The notes beneath the pieces were generated by a model. It had not been told where the DNA came from, did not search any database, and worked only from the letters and a program-made list of their open reading frames with translations. A DNA stretch of 64,000 nucleotides from Candidatus Woesebacteria bacterium (GTDB lineage: Bacteria > Patescibacteriota > Microgenomatia > UBA8517): NCBI GenBank assembly GCA_016432365.1, contig CP066686.1:691992-755991 (forward strand), read 5' to 3'. The position numbers and the translations under genes were made by a program. Shown in pieces: positions 27,126 through 36,277 of this stretch (positions are counted from its first letter, which is position 1; each line of letters begins with the position of its first letter).

Positions 27126-28531
27126 AGAGGGGACAGTTTCACTTCTCTTACATTCTTAATTTTCTCGAAGAACTCCGGTAAATGGCTAACGAAAATTACA
27201 GGGCCTTCAAACCCATCAATAGCTTTAGTTATTACGGGAATATGGCGGAAATTTATGTGATTTGTAGGTTCGTCCAATATCAAAAGACCAGGTTTTTGCA
27301 TTACAAGCCTTGCGTAGCAAAGGAGTCCTTTTTGGCCTTCGGATAACGACTCTATTTTGGTATTTAAAATATCACCATTAAGTAAAAACCTAGCTCCCGC
27401 TTCATATATTTCTTGCGGTAACGCAGTTGGGTTAACCGACAAAATTGAATCGTACGCCGTTTGATTAAAGTCCAGCTCGCTAAAATCTTGGCTATAGTAG
27501 CCGATTCTAATTTTGGGATTAATATCTGCTTTCTTGCCATCCAAATAGGAGCGAAGGAGAGTGCTTTTGCCGATTCCGTTTGGCCCTTTTATCAAAAGTC
27601 TTACGCCTTTGACAAGTTCTGTAACAATCGGTTCTTTAATTTTTGCAATATAACCAACATATTCCTGGCAGGGAATTGTAAAATTGGGAATAGTCTTGTC
27701 TTCACGCCTTATCTCAACTGCGGTTTCGCGGTCTTCCTCTATTTCTTTTCTTAATTTTCTGGCCAAGTGGCTCATGGCGATGCTTTTTCCTCCTAATTTG
27801 TTAATTTTAAGAAATCTGTCTTTGATACTTTTTTCCAAGAGCGCATTTTGTCTTCTGTCTCTTTCCAATTTGGCCTCGATTTCGTTGATCACGTCGTAAT
27901 AATTGCCTACAAACTGTTCGACTTTGTGTGTATGAACATCTAAATTTAAGACACCGTCAGTGAAACAATTCAAAAAGTCCGAATCGTGGGAAATAACAAT
28001 ACAAGTTTTTTCGTAATTCATCAAAAAAATAGTCAATTCGTTTACACCTTCTTTATCAAGATTGTTAGTTGGCTCATCCAGTAGCAAAACGTCAGGGTTT
28101 GTGATTAAGGCGTAGGCAAGTAGGAGCCTGGCTTTTTGCCCACCGGAAAGCACTTTGACTTTTCTGTCCAATGGGACATCCAAGTTAACACTTTTAAATA
28201 TTTTATATATATCACCTTCAATTCCATATTCTTTTTCGGGTAGAGCGGTTTTGAAGTAATCCAAAACTGTGAGGTCAATTTTGTCGGCAGGAACCATTTG
28301 TTCCGCAATTCCGATTGTGGCACCATTTTCTAAGTGAATTTTTCCTCCTGTTGGAATGAGTTTGCCTAGGAGTAGTTTAAAAATAGTGCTTTTCCCCGCA
28401 CCATTCTGGCCGATAATGGTTACTATGGAGTTTCTGCGCACGCTGAAATTAGCCTCGTCGAGGATTACTTTTTGGTCGTTATATTCAAACGATACGTTTT
28501 CAAAGCGGATTACTACATTGTCTTGAGCCAT
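27122..28531 (-). CDS. ABC-F family ATPase
   Basis: Two nucleotide-binding domains (GQNGAGKST/LSGGQ/LLLDEPTN and GPNGIGKST/LSEGQ/LILDEPTNH), no TM domain. Confidence 0.92.
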   Translation of the reverse strand: MAQDNVVIRFENVSFEYNDQKVILDEANFSVRRNSIVTIIGQNGAGKSTIFKLLLGKLIPTGGKIHLENGATIGIAEQMVPADKIDLTVLDYFKTALPEKEYGIEGDIYKIFKSVNLDVPLDRKVKVLSGGQKARLLLAYALITNPDVLLLDEPTNNLDKEGVNELTIFLMNYEKTCIVISHDSDFLNCFTDGVLNLDVHTHKVEQFVGNYYDVINEIEAKLERDRRQNALLEKSIKDRFLKINKLGGKSIAMSHLARKLRKEIEEDRETAVEIRREDKTIPNFTIPCQEYVGYIAKIKEPIVTELVKGVRLLIKGPNGIGKSTLLRSYLDGKKADINPKIRIGYYSQDFSELDFNQTAYDSILSVNPTALPQEIYEAGARFLLNGDILNTKIESLSEGQKGLLCYARLVMQKPGLLILDEPTNHINFRHIPVITKAIDGFEGPVIFVSHLPEFFEKIKNVREVKLSPL

Positions 28532-28542
28532 ATGCGAAGTGT

Positions 28543-29328
28543 TTATTTTAACAGAAACGGACCTCTGAGTTCTATCGGAAGCATTTCAGCTATTTTTGCC
28601 ATGATTTCAATAACTGCGGCCCCATCTTCAGTGGAACCAATAAAAAATGGGGCACCGATTTTAATATAAATTGTACTTTCTTCACTCCAAATTGAGGTGG
28701 GGACTACCGGTTTGTCAAACTTTTTTGCCAATATGGCAACTGCTCCTGCCCCTTTGTGGAAAGTCTCAATCGGTGAAATTTTATTGTCAATTTCTGTATG
28801 GCCCTCAGGTGAAATTGCCACAATTTCGCCTGACTTTAATCTTTTTATCATATTTCTGGCTGCAATAGCTCGACCCGAAATAAAATCTTTTCTCGACTCG
28901 ACTGTGGGAGTTGAGATTATATTATCCGAATAAAGGGAATGGAATCTGGTAATAAATTGAATTGACCCCGGTAGTGCTATCTTGTCGTTAAACTTTCCTG
29001 ACATTACTATTTCAGTTGCCATTAAAAATGAAATATTTTTATTTTTAATCTCGAAGACTTGTGATGCCATTTCAAGAAATGCGGGGATTAAAATTCCATT
29101 ACTTGGGTGATTAAAGGCAAGAATACCTCCATTGGGAATATTATCCAGCCCTTCAAGATTGAAATTGTAGCTTTTCTTAAATTCGACCAAAAGTCTGTTT
29201 CCGTCAGAAATTAGATCACGATTTGCGTTTTCTTGAAACAGGTTCCGAATAATTTCTGAGGTGAGACCGGCACGGGTAAATTTGAGAGCAATACCGGGTA
29301 TTTCTCTCAGTTCAGGTGAAAGCGGCAT
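28543..29328 (-). CDS. PlsC-like glycerolipid acyltransferase (divergent; start re-assigned to ATG 29328)
   Basis: AFNHPS, ISPEGH, GAGAVA, PVVP, IKIGAP. Confidence 0.78.
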   Translation of the reverse strand: MPLSPELREIPGIALKFTRAGLTSEIIRNLFQENANRDLISDGNRLLVEFKKSYNFNLEGLDNIPNGGILAFNHPSNGILIPAFLEMASQVFEIKNKNISFLMATEIVMSGKFNDKIALPGSIQFITRFHSLYSDNIISTPTVESRKDFISGRAIAARNMIKRLKSGEIVAISPEGHTEIDNKISPIETFHKGAGAVAILAKKFDKPVVPTSIWSEESTIYIKIGAPFFIGSTEDGAAVIEIMAKIAEMLPIELRGPFLLK

Positions 29329-29366
29329 TTGTAGTTGATATATAATATTTGCTATACTTATTGTCA

Positions 29367-30113
29367 ATGCCATCGGATAAATCCAAACAAACCAGAAGAA
29401 TGGTAGTTGAAGAAGTTGGTGTAGAGAAATCTCCGGTTACACCAGAGGTAGCCGAGTCGTCCGAACATGTGGAAGAGATAAAGGAGAAAGTTGGAGAGCT
29501 TCAGGACCTGACCGAGCATATATCCGACGACATTGAAAAATCCACCGAAGTACAGGAAGAAATTGTGGAAGCTGCCGAAAAAGTTGAACCTAAAGTAGAA
29601 ACAAAAATCGAAGATTTTGCCCCACCCGGAAGTCAAATTAAGAACAGTCCAAGTCCGCTTTTAATTTTGGTCCCAGGAGTATTACTTTTGGGTGCGCTTC
29701 TTGGAGGAATCTATTTTTATCAGAAGAATATAAATTCGGTTTCTGTGCCCACTCCCACTCCGATAGCGACCACAACTTCTACCATTATTCCTTCAGCCTC
29801 TCCAAGTGCAAAGCTTATTCTTACCAAATACCCAATTAATGTACAAAACGGGTCCGGTATACCGGGAGTTGCGGGAGATGCAAAAAGTTTACTTACAAAA
29901 GCTGGTTTTTCTGTCAGCGGAACAGGCAACGCAGACAATTATGATTACACGGACACAGTTATTAAGGTTAAATCCGATGTACCCGCCGAATTTATTTCTA
30001 AATTGGTTACAACCCTCTCCGGCATTTACAAAGTATCCACAAAAACTGAATCTCTTCCTGATACTTCTAAAGATGAAGTCGTTGTAATAGTAGGAAGCTC
30101 CAAGTCACAATAG
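29367..30113 (+). CDS. LytR C-terminal-domain membrane protein (start re-assigned to ATG 29367)
   Basis: TM helix, PTPTP linker, INVQNGSGIPGVAG...GF.V..TGNA...VVVIVG. Confidence 0.85.
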   Translation: MPSDKSKQTRRMVVEEVGVEKSPVTPEVAESSEHVEEIKEKVGELQDLTEHISDDIEKSTEVQEEIVEAAEKVEPKVETKIEDFAPPGSQIKNSPSPLLILVPGVLLLGALLGGIYFYQKNINSVSVPTPTPIATTTSTIIPSASPSAKLILTKYPINVQNGSGIPGVAGDAKSLLTKAGFSVSGTGNADNYDYTDTVIKVKSDVPAEFISKLVTTLSGIYKVSTKTESLPDTSKDEVVVIVGSSKSQ

Positions 30114-30167
30114 TTAGAAAATCACTATTGCTTTTTGAAAAATAAAAAGTATATATTTAATATATAA

Positions 30168-30794
30168 ATGAAAAATAAAGCGGCAATTGCGGTAGTAGTA
30201 ATCCTTCTTCTTGGTATTGCTGGTTACTTTTATTTTAGTAAATCTAAAAATGTTGAAACTGCGAGTGGAATATCTTCGGGTGTAAAGTCTCTCAAGGAGC
30301 TTTTAGCGTCGGGTGTGCCTCAAAAATGTACCTTTGCAAGCGATGATGAATCGGGCAAAACCGAAGGTACTTCCTATATTGCAGGTGGTAAAGTGCGTGC
30401 TGATTTTACAAGCACTCTAAACGGTAAAACTACTGTTTCCCATATGATCTCGGACAATAAAACCAGCTACATTTGGACCGACGATGATAAGAATGGGTTT
30501 AAGATGACTGTTCCGGATTCTGACACAAAGGCTACTACAGCACCAGTTACAGGAGAAGCAGCCCAAGCAAGTGAAGTCGATTTGAATCAAAAATCGGATT
30601 ATAAATGTTCTGCCTGGATTCCCGATAATTCGATGTTTACTCCACCTGCCGATGTTAAGTTTACCGACTTTTCCGAAATGTTTAAGCCAAGCCCGGCAGC
30701 TAACGGAAGTGGGAGCTCCCAACAGTGCTCGATTTGTGACTCCCTTACGGGTGACGATAAGACTTCTTGTCTCTCTGCCTTAAATTGTAATTGA
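30168..30794 (+). CDS. Exported hypothetical protein
   Basis: Signal anchor; C-terminal CSIC...CLSALNC. Confidence 0.75.
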   Translation: MKNKAAIAVVVILLLGIAGYFYFSKSKNVETASGISSGVKSLKELLASGVPQKCTFASDDESGKTEGTSYIAGGKVRADFTSTLNGKTTVSHMISDNKTSYIWTDDDKNGFKMTVPDSDTKATTAPVTGEAAQASEVDLNQKSDYKCSAWIPDNSMFTPPADVKFTDFSEMFKPSPAANGSGSSQQCSICDSLTGDDKTSCLSALNCN

Positions 30795-30813
30795 TACGTG
30801 GTAGAATATTGCA

Positions 30814-31536
30814 ATGGAACCAAAAAATAATCCCCGTGAGGAAGCTGAGTATGAATCCTATATACACGACTTAGATTCAACTGACTGGGAAGCAAATAAT
30901 GAGGCATGGCAAAATGCTGCCTATGTAGTTGGTAAAAAAGACAAAAAACCTTATCAACAAAAACTTTTAAACGCTGCGCTTGATAAAATTCAAGCAGGTC
31001 CGGCGACGGAGACTGAGGGTCCTGTTATTTATTTTGTTAGACAGCTTGAAAAAAGATATTCAAGTGACTCCAACTACACAGACGTTGAGGACGTTGATAA
31101 TACCTTGAATCGGATTGTGGCGATGGAAGGGGCCAATATAGCGGCAAGAAAAATTGCTGCTGACATAATATTTGATATTCCGATGAGATTGACAGATGAA
31201 ATTACTGGCGTCGTCAAAAAAGCGTATGAATCTCCAAAAAGATATAAATCAGATTCATTTGAACATAAAGTGGTTGAGTTGAGTATAAATGCAGTTCAAG
31301 ATAATCCTCAAAAGAGAACAACAGAGGGAACACCGATTAATAGTTTGTATAAATTGTTTATTGAAAAAACTCTTAAAGGGGAAAATGATGAGGGAAGCGT
31401 AAGAAGATTCATGAGAAATTCAAAATATAATTGGGATTTAGAAAATAGCATGGAAATCGACTTCCTTAAGGATATTATGAATTCTAATATATTACCTGTT
31501 GATATAAAGAGTATGGCTTCTAAAGAGTTGCAATAG
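30814..31536 (+). CDS. Hypothetical protein
   Basis: ORF with TAGAAT upstream. Confidence 0.7.
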   Translation: MEPKNNPREEAEYESYIHDLDSTDWEANNEAWQNAAYVVGKKDKKPYQQKLLNAALDKIQAGPATETEGPVIYFVRQLEKRYSSDSNYTDVEDVDNTLNRIVAMEGANIAARKIAADIIFDIPMRLTDEITGVVKKAYESPKRYKSDSFEHKVVELSINAVQDNPQKRTTEGTPINSLYKLFIEKTLKGENDEGSVRRFMRNSKYNWDLENSMEIDFLKDIMNSNILPVDIKSMASKELQ

Positions 31537-31547
31537 AACAACCTCAA

Positions 31548-31931
31548 ATGATGGAAAGAAACCCATGTACAGCAATCGGATGCCCTGCGGCCTGTTGTAG
31601 AAATATTAGTGGCCAAGTTGCAGGTAGAAGCAGGTTTTTCCTCGAAGCATTTCCCAACGCTCAACCGGTTCGTTCAGAAGAAGAATTAACAGATAAACTC
31701 AAAAAACAGGAACACGGTGTTTACTATGTTGAAAGTAGAGGTTGGACTTATTTTGCAATAAGCGGAAATTGCCCCAACCTAATGCCAAATTTTTCCTGCG
31801 GAATTCATGAAGAAAAATATTACCCCAAGCCATGTATAAATATGGAATTTAACAGCGGGCCGTGCATTCGATCTAAAAATATTTACAACGGGCTGTTACA
31901 TCCCCAAAAGAGTGAAGACCTTATGGATTAA
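31548..31931 (+). CDS. YkgJ-like Cys-cluster (CxxxxCxxxCC) protein
   Basis: CTAIGCPAACC...CPNL....CGIH.....PKPC. Confidence 0.72.
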   Translation: MMERNPCTAIGCPAACCRNISGQVAGRSRFFLEAFPNAQPVRSEEELTDKLKKQEHGVYYVESRGWTYFAISGNCPNLMPNFSCGIHEEKYYPKPCINMEFNSGPCIRSKNIYNGLLHPQKSEDLMD

Positions 31932-32099
31932 GAATGCCGGCCAAACGATGGCTTTGAGCAAACCGATTACAAAGTCCAAAAAGGTTAGCGAATGTTGAAA
32001 GTAATAAATTAACGCTCCAACAAAACCCAAACCATAAAAAGTTCCGCCTGCCGGCCCTGCGTGCATGTTTTTCCAGTTTTTATGTTTCTCTGTATCCAT
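31896..32099 (-). CDS. Small membrane protein
   Basis: GGTFYGLGFVGALIYY...GLLKAIVWPAFL. Confidence 0.7.
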   Translation of the reverse strand: MDTEKHKNWKNMHAGPAGGTFYGLGFVGALIYYFQHSLTFLDFVIGLLKAIVWPAFLIHKVFTLLGM

Positions 32100-32121
32100 C
32101 TATTTATTATATTATATATGG

Positions 32122-32781
32122 ATGGTGGGTATTGCAATATTAATTTTAGCTTTAATCACACTTTACATTCTTTCCCGAATTTTTATTCGAAAGCTTTTTA
32201 TAGTGCTATTCAGGTTTACTCGCAGTAAGGAGAAGGCGACAATGCTACTTGGTTGGATATTTTTGCCGGGAACTTTTATCCACGAAATTTCACATCTTTT
32301 GGCGGCGCTTGTCACAGTCGTTCCATTTGGTCAATTGAATCTGATGCCGGAAGTGGAAGAGGACGGTGTAAAGTTGGGGAGTGTGCAGATAGGTAAAACC
32401 GATTTTATTCGCGGCTCTATAATCGGGCTTGCGCCTATTTTGGCAGGTGGCGGAATAATATTTTGGGGAATTTCGTTTGCGTTAAGCGGGGGATACCTGC
32501 AAAATCCTTGGATTGTAGCTCTAATTATTTATTCCATATTCCAAATTACTCACACCATGTTTTCCAGCAAAAAGGACTTGGGGGCAGTTTTGGAACTCGT
32601 TGTTTTTTTTGCAATCGTTTCTATTGCCCTACTTATACTTAAAATATATTTCCCCTTTACATATATTTTTCAGAAGATGGTGGAGGCAGGGCCTGTCATT
32701 GAGAAATTCGGTTATTTGTTATTTATACCGATAGGCTTGGAGTTGGGTTTTTTGGCACTTTTCAGAAAAGTGAGGATTTAA
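32122..32781 (+). CDS. M50-like intramembrane metalloprotease (start re-assigned to ATG 32122)
   Basis: PGTFIHEISH, LGSV, IGLAP; multiple TM segments. Confidence 0.8.
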   Translation: MVGIAILILALITLYILSRIFIRKLFIVLFRFTRSKEKATMLLGWIFLPGTFIHEISHLLAALVTVVPFGQLNLMPEVEEDGVKLGSVQIGKTDFIRGSIIGLAPILAGGGIIFWGISFALSGGYLQNPWIVALIIYSIFQITHTMFSSKKDLGAVLELVVFFAIVSIALLILKIYFPFTYIFQKMVEAGPVIEKFGYLLFIPIGLELGFLALFRKVRI

Positions 32782-32789
32782 AGTATTTT

Positions 32790-33040
32790 TTCCTCCAAAG
32801 ACATCTATTCAGCACTTCTTTGCTCGCACAAAGAAATGCTGTGAAGAAAGTGCGCGCTCTTTGTTCGTCATCCACTCATGAGTTCGCACATGTTTTGCAA
32901 AAGATTGCTACTTTGACAAGCAAGTGCTGCTTTTGCTTTTGAATTGAATTCGCAGACTCTCTCGTGGTTTCCTCACAAATGCTTGTTTTGGAACAAGGCT
33001 CATCAAAATGGAATTTCACACTGTGGTTTTGAGGAAGCAT
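32790..33040. repeat. Branched multi-hairpin non-coding element upstream of the tRNA-Gly locus
   Basis: Stems CAGCA-TTCTTTG/CAAAGAA-TGCTG, GCAAAAG/CTTTTGC, CTTGTT/AACAAG, TTCCTCA/TGAGGAA. Confidence 0.55.
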
Positions 33041-33099
33041 GATTTCCGTGTTAAAATAGGAAATTACAGCGGGCTTGCCCGACGTAGCTGCTAGCGCAG

Positions 33100-33304
33100 G
33101 CGGGTATGGTTCAATGGTAGAATAAGCAAAGCTTGCAATTCGCAAGCTCATTAGTAGGAGCTTTCCAGAAACGAAGTTTGTTGCGGGATTAGTTGATCGG
33201 CTCAACATCAGCTTTCCAAGCTGAGAAGACGGGTTCGACTCCCGTATCCCGCTCAAGGGTGTCCGCAACACATTTTGATGCGGGTTCGATTCCCGCTACC
33301 CGCT
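33100..33304 (+). pseudogene. Disrupted outer tRNA-Gly (5' half 33100-33123, 3' half 33276-33304)
   Basis: GCGGGTA..GTTC AATGGTA GAAT and GCGGG TTCGATT CCCGC TACCCGC T form a matched acceptor stem (GCGGGTA/TACCCGC), separated by ~150 nt that contains another tRNA. Confidence 0.8.
33183..33253 (+). tRNA. trnG: tRNA-Gly(TCC), nested
   Basis: GCGGGAT/ATCCCGC, D stem GTTG/CAAC, AC arm TCAGC-TTTCCAA-GCTGA, T arm ACGGG-TTCGACT-CCCGT, U73. Confidence 0.92.
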
Positions 33305-33377
33305 CAAAAAGTTAAAACTTATCCGATTCTGCATAGGAAATTTGCATTTGGAAAAATTCAGCCTATAATGGGCAATC

Positions 33378-34265
33378 ATGGTTGAGCAGGATAGTATCAT
33401 AGCCGAAAAGATACAATATTTTCCCGGACATCTTGAATCCGCCTTTAGTTTAGCAAGTGGTGGTATGGGAATCCACCTTCACTCGGTTGCTGATTTTGTA
33501 GCAGGAAGAGATTTGGCTAAATGGGCACATACAAGCCTGGCTCAGTCCGGTTCAAATTACCTCACAAACCCTTATGTTTTCGGCTGGAGATGGAAAGAAG
33601 GCCAAGATACAATGTATCTAGATTACGGTCCACATGCAACCTCACCTGAAACACAGTCTAATCTAAGATTATTTGATGTCATGAACGACGAATATGACAA
33701 AATGAGAAGTGTACAATTACGTTTAGTATTCGGTGGAGAAGAAGCAATAGCCATATCAGATCCAGAAGCCCCCATAACTAGTGAGGAGGAATTTATATCT
33801 CTGCTTGTAGCAGCCAGTCGGCAAGGACTAATCAAATATGATCCAAAAACATCACCTAAAATAGAGGTTGCAGATGATGAATTCTCACTGGTAGGAAATC
33901 TTATTAAAAATGGAGTAGAAATATCTGAGGATTTATGGATACGATGGGAAGCTGTAAAATTTTCAGACAGGTTCAGAGAAGCAACTATCAGAGCCGCTGT
34001 CCATAAATTGGGAGTTATGCTTGCCCTGACTGAACAGTTAACGTTTGATGCAAAGGCGTTAGGGGTTCCCATTTCTTCTAAATACAAACCAACAATATCA
34101 ATAGAAACCTGGGAAAAGAACTGGCAAGATTTGTTTAAAGAACCAATGCCTGATATTTCAGGTTTATATAGACAAGCCCACGCGGTGTTTGTTGAAAGTG
34201 CTTCTAAAGAAGACCCATTGGTAACACACTTATTCGCAATTAAAGAATTACCACACGTAAAATAA
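33378..34265 (+). CDS. Hypothetical protein
   Basis: 295-aa ORF; TATAAT at 33364. Confidence 0.7.
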   Translation: MVEQDSIIAEKIQYFPGHLESAFSLASGGMGIHLHSVADFVAGRDLAKWAHTSLAQSGSNYLTNPYVFGWRWKEGQDTMYLDYGPHATSPETQSNLRLFDVMNDEYDKMRSVQLRLVFGGEEAIAISDPEAPITSEEEFISLLVAASRQGLIKYDPKTSPKIEVADDEFSLVGNLIKNGVEISEDLWIRWEAVKFSDRFREATIRAAVHKLGVMLALTEQLTFDAKALGVPISSKYKPTISIETWEKNWQDLFKEPMPDISGLYRQAHAVFVESASKEDPLVTHLFAIKELPHVK

Positions 34266-34341
34266 CTGTCTAGATAATTTTAAATCTTTTTGTAATATAA
34301 ACTCACTTTACAAATATGTTTCAAACTGGTAACTTTAATTA

Positions 34342-34719
34342 ATGGATGTTCCAAATAAAAAAACCGTCTTGGTAATTGAGGATGAGATTGTTTTACGTGA
34401 TTTAATTGTTAAGAAACTCGAAGAAATAGGTTTGGGCACATTGGTTGCCGACTCTGCACAAGAGGGGGAGAAGTTAATTAAGGAGAAACATCCAAATCTG
34501 GTACTTCTTGACATAATGCTTCCCGGAGGAATGAACGGTTTTGATCTTTTGGAGCGATTGAAGAGAGATCCTATACTAAAATCAACACCTGTCATTATTC
34601 TGACTAATCTGAGCACCGAAGATAAAACAGCTACAGAAATTGGTGCCATTGACTACATTATTAAATCCAATATTTCCTTGGACGAAGTCGCCCTCAAAGT
34701 AAAAAATCATCTTCAGTAG
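34342..34719 (+). CDS. Single-domain response regulator (CheY-like receiver)
   Basis: VLVIEDE, LLDIMLPG.NG, ILTN, DYIIK. Confidence 0.93.
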   Translation: MDVPNKKTVLVIEDEIVLRDLIVKKLEEIGLGTLVADSAQEGEKLIKEKHPNLVLLDIMLPGGMNGFDLLERLKRDPILKSTPVIILTNLSTEDKTATEIGAIDYIIKSNISLDEVALKVKNHLQ

Positions 34720-34856
34720 AGAGTCCTCCCCGTTTTTGTGTTAAAATCTGTGTTGCGATTGAAACAAAATTCTAACAGAATTTTGAAAGGAGGAATGATG
34801 GAGTGCTAAAGCTTAAGCGGTAGCGGATAGCTTGAAAGCGAAATCCATTCCGACGC

Positions 34857-34940
34857 GCCGAGGTGGCGAAATGGTATACGCAAGGGCCTTAAGAGCCCTC
34901 GAGTGCATAACTCATGCGGGTCCGAGTCCCGCCCTCGGCA
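34857..34940 (+). tRNA. trnL: tRNA-Leu(TAA)
   Basis: GCCGAGG/CCTCGGC, AGGGC-CTTAAGA-GCCCT, long variable arm; atypical T-loop TCCGAGT. Confidence 0.9.
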
Positions 34941-35041
34941 CACCACTACGCCGGAGGCTACGTGGTGCCACACAGCTTTAGCTAAGTGGGGCCACAAACA
35001 TGGAGGTTGAAGTGAACCCGATTTTAGCGTCATTCACTTTG

Positions 35042-35539
35042 TCAACCGGAAATAACTTTCACTTTCTTCCCAACTTTTTCAAGAGTTTTGACAATTCTAT
35101 TAAAATTTTGTTCTACAGGGCCCCAAAAATCATTATATGCAGGACTGTCCCATTCATCTCCAACAGGACCGGACCATGGGGTTTTAAGCTCAACATTTTG
35201 GGATGCGCTTGATTGAAGTATTTTGATTATTTTTTCCCCGCACACTTCAAAGTTAATCACCCCCGGATTATTTAAAACTTTGGAAGGAACTTCTGAATAT
35301 GGAATGTAAATTGCCATAACGTTTCCATTCTTTGACAAAACACCGTCCAACACAGCATCATCCGATTCAGTTACAACAATAAGACCGACTTTTGTGACGG
35401 CAGGATCAAAATCTTTCGTTCTTCGATCCATGTCATATTGCATAGATAAAGGCAATGCAAACTGATCTCTATTTTCCTTTTCCGAATAGAAAGTTACCAG
35501 AATATCTTTTAGCGCTTCAAATTGTTCTCTGTCTATCAT
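35042..35539 (-). CDS. Hypothetical protein
   Basis: ORF with TATAAT just upstream on the minus strand. Confidence 0.65.
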   Translation of the reverse strand: MIDREQFEALKDILVTFYSEKENRDQFALPLSMQYDMDRRTKDFDPAVTKVGLIVVTESDDAVLDGVLSKNGNVMAIYIPYSEVPSKVLNNPGVINFEVCGEKIIKILQSSASQNVELKTPWSGPVGDEWDSPAYNDFWGPVEQNFNRIVKTLEKVGKKVKVISG

Positions 35540-35576
35540 TCTTGGGATTATAACTCGTTCTGTTGGTTAGTCAAAT

Positions 35577-36182
35577 TTAACTCTCAATTGCTTGTTTGAG
35601 TGACTTCCAGCGTTTTAATGAAGACTTTTGAAGCTTATCGAAATCCATGTTCTTTTCAATTTCGGATCTGGCACCACTCCCCATCCCCATGACAAAAGAC
35701 GGTGAACGCATCATTGCAAATGCCAATTGTTCATACAGTTCGTCTGTAAACTTAAGCAACAAGCGGGTCGGTTCACGAAAAACAGATGCGGGTTTTTTAT
35801 AAAGGATGGAAAAAACCCCAGCCAAACATCCGATTATTTTCTTTTTGTCTTCTGATTCTTTAGCAAGATCAAGTTTTTCATCCGCGAGTGCAGCCTCATA
35901 TGGATCAAAACCTAAACCACTCGCAGTACTTATTGTTTGAAAAAATTCAATTCTGGCATTTCTTCTTTCATCATCTGATAGCTCTTTATTTTCTATTTTT
36001 CTCTTTGCAACCATTGTACGGTAGGCGCTAACTTCATTTATTCCGTACATAAGTTGAGTCGATTGCACTCCACAATCGAATTTAGCTTTTTGGTTATCCT
36101 GAAATTCATATTTGATGGATTGAATTTCCAAATCTGCAAGTCTAGCGGGGTCAAATGATTCGTGAGATTTTACTCTTTCCAT
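35577..36182 (-). CDS. Hypothetical protein
   Basis: 201-aa ORF. Confidence 0.65.
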   Translation of the reverse strand: MERVKSHESFDPARLADLEIQSIKYEFQDNQKAKFDCGVQSTQLMYGINEVSAYRTMVAKRKIENKELSDDERRNARIEFFQTISTASGLGFDPYEAALADEKLDLAKESEDKKKIIGCLAGVFSILYKKPASVFREPTRLLLKFTDELYEQLAFAMMRSPSFVMGMGSGARSEIEKNMDFDKLQKSSLKRWKSLKQAIES

Positions 36183-36277
36183 ACCTTACGAAAATAATCT
36201 CATTTCAATTAATTGTCAAGCAGATGAATTGGCGCAAATAGGGTATAATAAGCATATGCAAAAGGAGGAATTCGCTC

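Noticed and set aside
10500-32800. Integron cassette array
   Set aside because: Genes alternate in orientation, have their own promoters, and I found no repeated attC structure or integron integrase
32960-33010. Hammerhead ribozyme on the minus strand (TTGATGAG...GAAAC)
   Set aside because: Core is TTGATGA rather than CTGATGA, and stems I/III do not close properly
33124-33275. Group I intron in tRNA-Gly
   Set aside because: Only ~150 nt, half of it a tRNA; no recognisable P7 core, and removal does not restore a clean anticodon arm
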